Assembly (NCBI GenBank): GCA_049606355.1 | Contig: JBMYVL010000010.1 | Coordinates: 54,397 to 86,396, forward strand | Length of the DNA stretch: 32,000 bases | Direction of reading: 5' to 3' | Source: Opitutales bacterium | Lineage (GTDB): Bacteria > Verrucomicrobiota > Verrucomicrobiia > Opitutales > Coraliomargaritaceae | Shown here: positions 1-9,580 of the stretch, one piece after another | How the letters are laid out: every line of letters starts with the position of its first letter | Position numbering within the stretch: position 1 is the stretch's first letter | The notes under the pieces: generated by a model | Told to the model about the DNA's origin: nothing | The model's database searches: none | Seen by the model: the letters and a program-made list of their open reading frames with translations, nothing else | Program-made: the position numbers and the translations under genes

Positions 1-435
1 AATGTCGATTAATGCCTCTTTGAAGGCTTCTTCGATTGTTGCTTCAAGGGTGCGCCAATCGGGTAAGCCTGAGTTGTCTTTTAGCGTTTTGGCTAAGTTG
101 AGTAGTAAGTGGCTATCGACCGTGAAGGGGATTGCGTGGCTCTCGGCATAGTCGCGCAAGCGTTGCAGTGTTTCATCCATTGCCGTCGCACTGAGACGCA
201 AGCCCTGCGTCTCGCTGGCGCTCGTCTCTGCTTTGATTTGAATGCTCACCCGGCCCCGTTGGTAGTAAGGCTTGATCCACTCGCTGCAACGCAAGTCGAT
301 ACCATTCCATTCGCGCGGCGCACTCGTAGACACGTCCAAACTCTTGCGGTTAACGGAGCTGATCTCGATCGAGATCTGTAAGCCGTGCTCCCTGTTCGCC
401 ACTGAGCTGCGGCCGAATCCTGTCATACTTTTCAT
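1..435 (-). CDS. yicC: YicC/UPF0701 family protein (putative endoribonuclease), first 145 codons; the 3' end lies beyond the window start
   Basis: It is not in the ORF track because it runs off the window. Reverse-strand translation from the ATG at 435..433 gives MKSMTGFGRSSVANREHGLQISIEISSVNRKSLDVS... and stays open to position 1. The MxSMTGFGR start followed by E-x-x-SVN-x-K is the hallmark YicC N-terminus. Confidence 0.85.
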   Translation of the reverse strand, partial: MKSMTGFGRSSVANREHGLQISIEISSVNRKSLDVSTSAPREWNGIDLRCSEWIKPYYQRGRVSIQIKAETSASETQGLRLSATAMDETLQRLRDYAESHAIPFTVDSHLLLNLAKTLKDNSGLPDWRTLEATIEEAFKEALIDI

Positions 436-469
436 AGTCGTGAGCGAGTTGGGGTTGCAGAGTTAAGCG

Positions 470-1357
470 TTACGGAGCGATCAGGCTGCCGGATTGATTG
501 ATCAACAGCAGCATGACTAAGCTAAAGCTGTTGAATAGCGCGTGGAAACTCACCGCAACCCATAAATTTCCTTCCGTTTCATAGACATGAGCGAGCAGAA
601 TACCGACCACGAGCAGTGGGCCGAAGGACATCAGATTGCCATGTAAGAGCGCGAATAAAAGCCCACTCAGCACTTGTGCGAAAGGGATCAGGGTCTGGCT
701 TTTTAGAAAGCGATAGACGCAACCGCGAAAGATAATTTCTTCGATCGCAGGAGCGAGGGCCACTGCAAACAGTACCAATAGGGCGATAGCGATTGGATCG
801 CCGCCGGCGCCGAACAATTCAATTAATTCCTGCGGAGGCGTAGCTCCGATCCAGCCAATCTCCTGCAAGGCTTTGAGTAATCCATTCCAAATCAAACTCA
901 CGAACCAGATGATCGGCAGATAACGTAGAAAAATCGGTAGCGAGCGCAGTAGGGCGGTCCAGATCGGCAAGGGCTCACTGTTCAGCCTACCGGCAAACTG
1001 ATGGGGGAAATAGCGCCGGCTCAGATAAAAAACTGCCAGAAGCGGCAATTGGAGGAGTAAAATGGAGACGACCGCCAACCATGGGGTTAATTCAATCGCC
1101 CCGCCATCCTCGGTGGTGGCTTCGCTGGCGAGGAGTCGTGCGCTCAGACTTTGGGCCAGATAAACCGCAACAATCAGCGCGCAGATGAAAATTCCGAAAT
1201 TTACCCAACCGATGGCCCAAGGCGGTACCGGGTTATTTTGCTGAATCGCGCTCCGCGGCATGAGTAGGCGCGCAAACCAAAGCGCCGCACTGCCGCCGAG
1301 GGCGCCTACGATCAGTAACGTGGCAAGGACGGCCGGTAAATCCAGTTCCTGCAGCAT
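470..1357 (-). CDS. CPBP family intramembrane glutamic endopeptidase (CAAX protease/Abi-like), polytopic membrane protein
   Basis: 295-aa hydrophobic ORF carrying the three CPBP motifs in order: EEIIFRG (EExxxR), FALLHGN (FxxxH) and FHALFNS (HxxxN). The ATG at 1357 lies 3 nt after the pyrC stop codon. Confidence 0.8.
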   Translation of the reverse strand: MLQELDLPAVLATLLIVGALGGSAALWFARLLMPRSAIQQNNPVPPWAIGWVNFGIFICALIVAVYLAQSLSARLLASEATTEDGGAIELTPWLAVVSILLLQLPLLAVFYLSRRYFPHQFAGRLNSEPLPIWTALLRSLPIFLRYLPIIWFVSLIWNGLLKALQEIGWIGATPPQELIELFGAGGDPIAIALLVLFAVALAPAIEEIIFRGCVYRFLKSQTLIPFAQVLSGLLFALLHGNLMSFGPLLVVGILLAHVYETEGNLWVAVSFHALFNSFSLVMLLLINQSGSLIAP

Positions 1358-1360
1358 ACG

Positions 1361-2656
1361 TTATGCGGTGATGGTCGCACCATCAAAGACTTGCTTGCCG
1401 CCTACATAAGTTCCTTTGACGCGGCCTTTTAAGCTACGCCCTTGCCAAGGACAGTTGCGCGAGCGGCTGAAAAATTGATCGGTATCCACAGTCCATACTT
1501 CATCCGGATCAAACAGGCAGATGTCGGCTGCCGCACCGATACTCAACGTGCCGGCATTGAGTTTGCAAATTTCGGCGCCTTTGTGGCTCATGAGAGCAAT
1601 GACCTCACTCAAGGAGAGGCGACCGCTGTGGTAGAGAGTCCCTAAGGTGCTGGCGAGGGAGTTCTCCAGGCCAATAATCCCGAAGGGGGCCTGGTCGAGT
1701 TCACAATCTTTTTCGGTGGGGGTATGGGGTGCGTGGTCGGTGGCAATACATTCTAAGGTGCCATCACAAAGACCTTCGATCAACGCCGCGCGATCTTCTG
1801 CCGTACCCAATGGCGGGTTCATTTTGTACATGGGGTCGTAGTCCTGTAAATTGGCATCGGTGAATTCGATATGGTGGGGGCTGGCTTCACCACTCACCGG
1901 AATACCACGCTTCTTGGCAGCGCGCAGTATGTCGACCGATGCCGCGGAACTGACGTGCTGCATGTGAATGTGCGCACCGGTTAATCGCGCTAAGATGACG
2001 TTGCGCGCGACAATGATATCTTCCGCTGCTTTCGGCCAGCCGCGCAAGCCGAGCTTGAGCGACCACTCACCTTCATTCATCACTGCGCCTTCCGTTAAGC
2101 TGGCATCTTGGCAGTGATCCATGATCGGTAAGCCGAACATGTGGGCGTACTCTACCGCGCGGCGCATGATTTCATTACTCTGTACGCATTTACCGTCATC
2201 AGTAGCTGCGACAATGCCTGCTTTTTTGAGCTGTCCGGTCGGCGCTAATGCTTCGCCGTTCATCCCCATCGTTAAGCAACCCGTAGGATAAACGCGCACC
2301 ACAGCTTCGCGTTCCACCTTATCCATAATTCGCTGGATTGTGCCGGCATTGTCGCATACCGGACTGGTGTTCGGCATGCAGACTACGGTGGTGAAGCCTC
2401 CTGCCGCGGCTGCTTCGGTGCCCGTACGGATATCCTCTTTGTGTGCTTGTCCCGGATAGCGGAAGTGCACATGGATGTCAACGAGGCCGGGTGCGACCAC
2501 TAAGCCGCTGGCATCAATTTTATGCGCTGCTTTTTTTTGGGCCTCGCTCAGGCGGTCGACAATAATGCCATCGACTGCATAGAGCTCGCCGACCGCGTCG
2601 CGCTGATTGGCCGGGTCGATAATCCGCCCGCCGGTAATCCAAAGTATGTTGCTCAT
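1361..2656 (-). CDS. pyrC: Dihydroorotase
   Basis: Contains DIHVHFR (metal-binding HxH), a conserved mid-region (HMQHVSS) and ATDHAPH. The track ORF extends to 2755 and overlaps pyrB. I prefer the ATG at 2656 (MSNILWITGGRIIDP...), 20 nt below the pyrB stop. Confidence 0.9.
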   Translation of the reverse strand: MSNILWITGGRIIDPANQRDAVGELYAVDGIIVDRLSEAQKKAAHKIDASGLVVAPGLVDIHVHFRYPGQAHKEDIRTGTEAAAAGGFTTVVCMPNTSPVCDNAGTIQRIMDKVEREAVVRVYPTGCLTMGMNGEALAPTGQLKKAGIVAATDDGKCVQSNEIMRRAVEYAHMFGLPIMDHCQDASLTEGAVMNEGEWSLKLGLRGWPKAAEDIIVARNVILARLTGAHIHMQHVSSAASVDILRAAKKRGIPVSGEASPHHIEFTDANLQDYDPMYKMNPPLGTAEDRAALIEGLCDGTLECIATDHAPHTPTEKDCELDQAPFGIIGLENSLASTLGTLYHSGRLSLSEVIALMSHKGAEICKLNAGTLSIGAAADICLFDPDEVWTVDTDQFFSRSRNCPWQGRSLKGRVKGTYVGGKQVFDGATITA

Positions 2657-2675
2657 GGTTGCTGGTTTGGGTCTT

Positions 2676-3635
2676 TTAAGCCGGTAAATCAATTGCCTTC
2701 CCGCGGTAATAGCTATGGCAGAGGTGCAGGACAGCCATGCGCACGACGACGCCATGGGTCACTTGTTGAAGGATGACCGAGCGCTCGGAGTCTGCGAGGT
2801 CCGAGTCAATTTCCACGCCACGGTTGATTGGGCCGGGGTGCATGATGATCGCATCGGGCTTAAGCCATTTGGCACGCTCCTTATTGAGCCCGAATGAACT
2901 GGTGTATTCCCCGATCGAGGGGAAATGTGTCGAAGTCTGGCGTTCGTGTTGAATCCGTAGCAGCATGACGGCATCGGCATCCTCTAGGGCGAGCTTTAAG
3001 TCATGGCAAACGCGTGCTCCCATGGCGGCAAAGCCTTCAGGAACCAGCGTACTCGGTCCCGCGATGGTCACTTCAGCCCCCAACTTTTGTAGGCAGAGGA
3101 TATTGGAGCGGGCGACACGGCTAAAAAGAATATCACCGAGGATCGTAACTTTTTTTCCGTCCAGGCGGCCCCATTTTTCCATCAGCGTGAAGCAGTCTAG
3201 CAGGGCTTGCGTCGGGTGTGCGTGCGAACCATCGCCGGCATTGATTACTGGGATATCGACCACTCGGCTGAGGTAGTGCGCCGCACCGGATGAAGCGTGC
3301 CGCAAAATGATGACATCCGCGAGCAGGGCCTGCATATTTTGCGCGGTATCGCGGAGTGTCTCGCCTTTGGTGAGGCTGCTGGCGGCCGCCGTCATGGTTA
3401 ACGTGTCCGCACTGAGTTGGTTGGCGGCGACCTCGAAGGCAAGACGTGTACGGGTACTCGGCTCCAGGAAAAGATTCACCACGGTGCGGCCGTTGAGATA
3501 GGGTTGCTTTAAGCGATCTGCATCCATGGCCCCCTTGAAGGCACGTGCGGCGGCGAAAATAGTTTCAATCTCCTCTCGAGTGAGAGGCTCGATGGCGATC
3601 AGGTCTTTTCGGTTCCAGGTGAGGGGTGTGCTCAT
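2676..3635 (-). CDS. pyrB: Aspartate carbamoyltransferase catalytic subunit
   Basis: Contains the STRTR carbamoyl-phosphate motif, HPTQ and the HPGPINRG C-terminal motif. Its 319 aa is typical for PyrB, and pyrC follows immediately. Confidence 0.95.
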   Translation of the reverse strand: MSTPLTWNRKDLIAIEPLTREEIETIFAAARAFKGAMDADRLKQPYLNGRTVVNLFLEPSTRTRLAFEVAANQLSADTLTMTAAASSLTKGETLRDTAQNMQALLADVIILRHASSGAAHYLSRVVDIPVINAGDGSHAHPTQALLDCFTLMEKWGRLDGKKVTILGDILFSRVARSNILCLQKLGAEVTIAGPSTLVPEGFAAMGARVCHDLKLALEDADAVMLLRIQHERQTSTHFPSIGEYTSSFGLNKERAKWLKPDAIIMHPGPINRGVEIDSDLADSERSVILQQVTHGVVVRMAVLHLCHSYYRGKAIDLPA

Positions 3636-3842
3636 GAGTTTTTTTGGGTGAGTTGCTGTTTTGCAGGGCTCGGCTCCAAATGCGTCAATGTGCCCCTGTT
3701 ATAGGAAAGCGCAAGGAAATAGGCAGGCATCGAAAAGTCTAGCTACAGGCATAAATAAGCAGGTTAAGCGGTTCGTTCACTGCGCTTCGAGATGGGTTGG
3801 ATCAGCGGCTCACTCAACTCGTGCGCTACCGGTTCGTTGAGA

Positions 3843-6203
3843 TCATGCGCCGCCTTGCAGCCAGTTCAGCAGCTCAACATCGCTGCCAATTTTAAGCTCC
3901 GTTTGATATTCGAGGGCGAGTTGTTCGTAATAAGCAGGCTCTGCGTAGCGACGACCGTGCAATAAAATGCGTGCGTGCTGACCGGGTGCGCGCACCAAGC
4001 GTCCGAGTGCTTGATGAATGCGGCGCATCGCTGGCTCGATGTAAACTTGGCGGAAGCGCTCCTCACGCGAGAGGCCAGCCAGACTCTCCATGCGTGCCGC
4101 TTGGATACAATTGACTTCCGGCAATGCCGGTCCAACCACGATCGCCGATGCGACCTGACCGCCGAGCTGGTCGACCCCTTCGGCATAGCTGGAGCCAAGG
4201 ATTAGAAAAAGTGCATCTGCGGACACGAGTCCCTGCTCGATGAATGATTCTTGTTCGGCAAGATCCACCCCTCGTGGTTGGACGCCAATTCTCAACTCGG
4301 GGTGTATGGCACTGAGGTAAGCCTCGATTGTCTGGGCATATTGATAAGAGGGAAAGAAAACGGCTACCGGTACGCCGGGGCTCTGATGAATCATCGAGGC
4401 AACCGTATGGGCCGTGGTTGTATAGGAGTGCTCACGGTGCTTCAGGCGTGTGTCTACGCGTGTATCGATGGCGACTTCGTAGGCCGCTGCTCGCCATGGA
4501 GCGTGGCCAACTGTGAACATGGAATTATTGGTCGTTAGCCCGCAGTCCTCTCGAAAGCGCTGAGATGGTGTCAGTGTAGCGGACATTAAAATACTGCCGC
4601 CAAATGGCTCCAGACATTCCGAGATCCATTGGCGGGCATCCAAACAGCTAGCGCGCAGGCTTCCGGCAGATGGCGCCCAGTGTAGCCATTGGTGCCGGTT
4701 GTTGGCTAGGCATTGAGCGAGCTGCGGGATGCTCCATAATTTTTCGAGCGCAAACGGTGCAACTGCGGCCCAGTCCAAACGCAGCTGTGTAAGCTGTTGT
4801 GCGAAGTCCTCGCAAAGGTCGAGCAGGGTGTACTGCGTATTGGCTGGGATCGCTTGCTGGCTCGGCAATGCTTCAATGCGCCTGCTCAATTCCTCACCTA
4901 AGTTCAAGAGGCGTCGAGGTGCTCCCGCGAGACGTAATTCTTCGAGAGCAAACAACAGCTCCGCAGCTTGGACTTCAACACTGAGTGCATCGGCCGCGCG
5001 TTGCGGGAGGTTGTGCGCCTCGTCGACGATCAAGAGGGTTTGCGCTGGATCGAAACCAATTGCATCGTTGAAGACGCTTTGTGACTGCGGCGAAAAAATA
5101 TAGTTGCTGTCGCCGATCCATACTTCGGCGAAAGGTAAGCAGCATTTACTCAGGGTGTAGGGGCAGATCCCGGTTTCGGCGCCGATTGATTTCGCGCTTT
5201 CGAGGCTGAGTGTGCCATCCATGAAGAGTTGCGGAGGGTGGATGTTGGCTTCGTACCACAGCTGTGCCGAGTCTCGCTCGCACTGTGTCGTTGCCGAGCA
5301 ACTGTGTTTAGTCGTGTCGATGCGGTGCTCAGTGCGGTTACGCATCTGCAGGTAGCGCACCCCAGAGCCGATCATGGCGCGTAATTGCTGGATGGTTTGT
5401 AGTTGTCCGGTGGATTTGCTGCTCAAATAGATGCAACGCTGGAAGACGCCCGCTTGCAATTGCTGCAGCGCGTGTTCAAGGACGATGCCAGTTTTTCCAA
5501 ATCCAGTCGGAGCTTCCAGAAGTACCGTCTTGGCGCGTAGGGCGGAGCCGTTGAGGCTTGCTTGTAGTTCCGCTTGTCCCTCCCGAAGTTGTTGGAAGGC
5601 CGGCTTGATTTGACAGTTTTCCAGTGTGAGGCGTGCTTCACGCCGATCCTGCAAGAAAGGGAGCAGGGCTTGCAGTTGTTGTTCAAAGCGGGCTGCCTGC
5701 TGCGCATCGAGTGGAATGGTTTGCAGTGTCCCGGTATCGATGTCGATCAGTACTAATTCGGCGCGGAGTGTTTGCTCCGCGAATTCGGCTAACACACCGG
5801 CTAGCCCTAAATAGATGGCGACTTGCGCGAAGTAATCGGGGTAAGCGCTCGCTAAGTCTTCTTCGCTCGCAGGTAGCGAGTGGCGCACCGTTTTGATCTC
5901 GCGAATTAAACAGCCATCTTCGGTGGGGATCAATTGGTCGATTCGACCACGGATCTTGAATCGCCAGTCCGCGTGTCGCCAGTCGGCGGTCACCGGTATT
6001 TCAAAACGGGCATCCGGATGGTTGGCGCGCGTTTGCTGCGCGGCACTCTGGTGCCAATCGCGCCCGACGGCAGCTCGCCACTGGCCTGTTGGAATGCGTT
6101 CGCTGGCGGGTCGATTGCGGAAGCTGGCAAGTTCGCGTACGCTTAAGGCGACACTCCGCTGATGGGCGTCAATCTGCATCTTAACATGACCGTGCCTGCG
6201 CAT
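3843..6203 (-). CDS. Fusion protein: N-terminal PD-(D/E)xK (RecB/Cas4-like) nuclease domain plus XPD/DinG-family (Rad3-like) Fe-S DNA helicase
   Basis: 786 aa. Helicase motifs: Walker A APTGFGKTG (aa 231-239), DEAH box VDEAHNL (nt 5013..5024), and a Cys cluster between them (C302, C308, C347, C354/355) as in XPD/DinG 4Fe-4S domains. The C-terminus is Helicase_C_2-like. In aa ~45-135 I read GRDWH, RGRIDQL, IREIKT and YFAQVAIYL, matching the H...D...ExK...QxxxY pattern of RecB-family nucleases. The start could instead be the ATG at 6179. Confidence 0.8.
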   Translation of the reverse strand: MRRHGHVKMQIDAHQRSVALSVRELASFRNRPASERIPTGQWRAAVGRDWHQSAAQQTRANHPDARFEIPVTADWRHADWRFKIRGRIDQLIPTEDGCLIREIKTVRHSLPASEEDLASAYPDYFAQVAIYLGLAGVLAEFAEQTLRAELVLIDIDTGTLQTIPLDAQQAARFEQQLQALLPFLQDRREARLTLENCQIKPAFQQLREGQAELQASLNGSALRAKTVLLEAPTGFGKTGIVLEHALQQLQAGVFQRCIYLSSKSTGQLQTIQQLRAMIGSGVRYLQMRNRTEHRIDTTKHSCSATTQCERDSAQLWYEANIHPPQLFMDGTLSLESAKSIGAETGICPYTLSKCCLPFAEVWIGDSNYIFSPQSQSVFNDAIGFDPAQTLLIVDEAHNLPQRAADALSVEVQAAELLFALEELRLAGAPRRLLNLGEELSRRIEALPSQQAIPANTQYTLLDLCEDFAQQLTQLRLDWAAVAPFALEKLWSIPQLAQCLANNRHQWLHWAPSAGSLRASCLDARQWISECLEPFGGSILMSATLTPSQRFREDCGLTTNNSMFTVGHAPWRAAAYEVAIDTRVDTRLKHREHSYTTTAHTVASMIHQSPGVPVAVFFPSYQYAQTIEAYLSAIHPELRIGVQPRGVDLAEQESFIEQGLVSADALFLILGSSYAEGVDQLGGQVASAIVVGPALPEVNCIQAARMESLAGLSREERFRQVYIEPAMRRIHQALGRLVRAPGQHARILLHGRRYAEPAYYEQLALEYQTELKIGSDVELLNWLQGGA

Positions 6204-6302
6204 CAGTGGGAGCTTGGCAGGGCAACGACTTTAGGATTTCCATAAACCACACAATAGGCATGCTCGTGAACCGCTGAGCAAACAATAATTCGCTATTATA
6301 CT

Positions 6303-7234
<932 letters not shown>

Positions 7235-7238
<4 letters not shown>

Positions 7239-8479
7239 GCATTAAGTGCGAGGCGGCGATGGCCACGCGCACATTCGAAAAATACCATTGCTGTAGCGAT
7301 CAACAGCATTCCGGTTAGTGCGACTGCTGTCGGGGTGGATTCCATTAAGATCCAATAACCGATAAAGGGCGCTACGGTACCGCGCAGCCCCGTCAGCGCC
7401 ATGTGGATACTCATGTAAGCGGAAGCCGACTCTTCGGGCGCGATTTTTGTCACCCATAATCCCCAGAATATTTTACCGCCTCCCATTGCGATCCCCTGGA
7501 AAGCCATAGCAATACCCAGCACTATAATATGGGTGCTAAAGAAGAACAGCCCCACACTGAGTAAGAAAAACAGGTTGAGCCAATTGCGCGTAGTGACGAA
7601 GTGTAACTTGTCGAAGAAATGCCCCCAGATTTTGGTGCTCAGCAGACGAGCAATTGCGGGAATCATGACCATGAGTACGGCAATGCTTTGATTGCTGGCA
7701 TTAATCCCGTATTCGCTATGGGCAAGGTATTCGACTCGAATGGGTAAAGTGATTAAGTTGCCGAGGCCCAGTAGCATCCAGCTTCCGAGTAAATAACCAA
7801 AGAGGCGATCCTTCCAAATGAGGCTAAAGTTCTGCCATGGGTTACCCACTTTCTCTTTACTGAGCGGAGCGCATGGAATGCCATCGAGTGCCCACGCACA
7901 GATCAGTGCCGCAAGAATCATGAGGCCGAAACAATAACGATAATAACTGATTTCAATGTCCAGACACTCGCCACCAACCCATGCGAAAAGTACGGTGCTG
8001 AACGCAATCCACATCAGTGGAATCGTAACGCGTCGCCCCCGTTCACTGGCCGGGTAATTCATAGCATACACCTGTACCATTAACGGGCCGTGCTGTACCG
8101 ACGCCATTTGGCTGCCAATGATACAGACGGTGAAGATCAGCAAGTTGGCTCCGATGCTTGCTCCGCCGATGAGCAAAGCTGCCACCAGAAACATAAAAGC
8201 ACTGGCCCTCGCGGGGCAGGCGCGGTAGCGGGCCGCAATAAAAAGGGTGAGTGGTGTTAGCAAAAAGCCGATGGGCCCGGCGCCCGCAATACAAGCCTTG
8301 ATGGATTCGGGAGCATCGAAATAACGGATCGCAATGAGCAAGGGGAAGGTCTGCCAGCCCGCCTCAAGGATGCCCATGAAGGGCGCCCGCAATTTGTCGC
8401 GCTGATAGGTGATCTCAACTGCGGGATCGGTAGCCATACGTTTCTTGCGTGGGCAGCGAGCTAGCTCTAAGCGACGCAT
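7235..8479 (-). CDS. MFS-type transporter (substrate unknown)
   Basis: 414-aa ORF with about 12 hydrophobic segments and two-halves organisation. The start is ambiguous between the ATG at 8479 and the ATG at 8437 (MATDPAVEI...). Its stop codon overlaps the uxs-like stop. Confidence 0.6.
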
Positions 8480-8539
8480 TGCTTGCTGTCGCGTGGGACT
8501 TGCCGGCGAGTAGGGGGAGGGTGCTGTGCCGGCGTGGTC

Positions 8540-9526
8540 TTATTGACTCCAGTCCAGCATGCGCTTGATCGGCGCGTAGGCCTGTTGCCGCAGGGATTCG
8601 TCCATCTCGATTTGTGGCGTGAGATCACGTAAACAATCCCGCAGCTTCTCGATGGTATTCATCTTCATAAATCGGCACTCATTGCAGGCGCAGGTATCGG
8701 TCGGTCCGGCAACAAATGTTTTTTCCGGCACTTCGCGCTGTAGGCGGTGAATCATCCCGGGCTCGGTTACCACGATAAATGTATCAGCGCTGCTGGTCCG
8801 GCAGAAATCGATCATCTTCTCGGTGCTACAGACTTCGTCGGCGTTGTCGCGGACAGTCTCGACACACTCGGGGTGCGCGACAACCAATGCCTGAGGAAAC
8901 TGGAGCTTGATTTTCTCGATCGCCTGTTGGGTGAAGAGCACGTGAGCATAACAGGATCCGGGCCATAACTGCATCGTGCGTCCCGTCTGTTTCGCGACCC
9001 ACTGTCCAAGGTTTTGATCCGGCACAAAGAGGATTTCTTTGTCGGCTGGTACTTGTTCAATGATTCGCTTTGCGTTACCACTGGTGCAGATGACATCACT
9101 CAGCGCTTTGACCGCAGCGGAGCAGTTGATGTAAGCGACTACATAGGTGTCAGGATGCTCCTGCTTGTAGGCAGCGAGTTGTTCTGCGGGGCAAGAGTCA
9201 GCGAGCGAGCATCCCGCGGCCATATCCGGTAGCACGACCGTTTTGCCGGGATTTACGATTTTTGCAGTCTCCGCCATGAAATGCACACCGCAAAAAACGA
9301 TGACATCGCCCTCGGCAGCTTCGGCTTTATAAGCCAGTCCAAGCGAGTCCCCCACATAGTCGGCCACACGTTGTATCGCTTCCACCTGATAATTGTGTGC
9401 AAGGATCACTGCGTTGCGCTCTTTCTTTAAGCGCAGGACTTCCTCTTGAATCGCAGTAAGCGGCGACGCCTGCCCCTGTTGCGGATTAAAGACAAGTGGT
9501 TCGTAATTGAGTGTATCCATACTCAT
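8540..9526 (-). CDS. nadA: Quinolinate synthase A
   Basis: Contains NAVILAHNYQ, HFMAETAKI and conserved Cys residues for the 4Fe-4S cluster, at typical NadA length. The track ORF starts at a TTG (9544). I prefer the ATG at 9526 or 9520. Confidence 0.9.
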   Translation of the reverse strand: MSMDTLNYEPLVFNPQQGQASPLTAIQEEVLRLKKERNAVILAHNYQVEAIQRVADYVGDSLGLAYKAEAAEGDVIVFCGVHFMAETAKIVNPGKTVVLPDMAAGCSLADSCPAEQLAAYKQEHPDTYVVAYINCSAAVKALSDVICTSGNAKRIIEQVPADKEILFVPDQNLGQWVAKQTGRTMQLWPGSCYAHVLFTQQAIEKIKLQFPQALVVAHPECVETVRDNADEVCSTEKMIDFCRTSSADTFIVVTEPGMIHRLQREVPEKTFVAGPTDTCACNECRFMKMNTIEKLRDCLRDLTPQIEMDESLRQQAYAPIKRMLDWSQ

Positions 9527-9580
9527 AGCGCTGAATTCAAGCAAAGCTGCTTATCTCAGAAATACTGAGTGCTTCGGCAA

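Noticed and set aside
361-376. Perfect 16-bp palindrome GATCTCGATCGAGATC
   Set aside because: It lies inside yicC coding sequence (encoding ISIEIS). By my rough estimate, about 0.5 perfect 16-bp palindromes are expected by chance in 32 kb, so it is not significant.
109-466. Plus-strand ORFs of 90 aa (109..381) and 64 aa (272..466)
   Set aside because: They are antisense to the clearly recognisable yicC reading frame (minus strand, 435..1). Their Arg/Ala-rich translations have no protein-like motifs.
2657-2755. N-terminal over-extensions of track ORFs: pyrC to 2755, tkt to 11623, trpD from 17894, pfp to 26225, nadA to 9544, RluA to 24858
   Set aside because: The extensions overlap neighbouring genes or promoters and are not conserved-looking. 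Internal ATGs give canonical N-termini for each family.
3699-3752. 17-codon mini-ORF (MPVARLFDACLFPCAFL) in the 207-bp pyrB leader, considered as a pyrBI-style attenuation leader peptide. The region also has the 9-bp direct repeat CGGTTCGTT at ~3769 and ~3831.
   Set aside because: No terminator or anti-terminator hairpin with a U-run follows; there is only a 5-bp stem with a 22-nt loop. I saw no pyrimidine-rich pause tract and no PyrR-box-like element. It remains pure speculation.
8458-8467. 10-bp palindrome GAGCTAGCTC upstream of (or inside the 5' end of) the MFS gene at 7235..8479
   Set aside because: It is short, statistically unremarkable, and inside the ORF if the longer start is used.
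9527-9580. Possible NAD+ (nadA-motif) riboswitch upstream of nadA
   Set aside because: Only about 36-54 nt separate the tkt stop from the nadA start, and they hold a single 5-bp hairpin (9556..9570). That is too short for the tandem-domain nadA motif, so tkt-nadA co-transcription is more likely.
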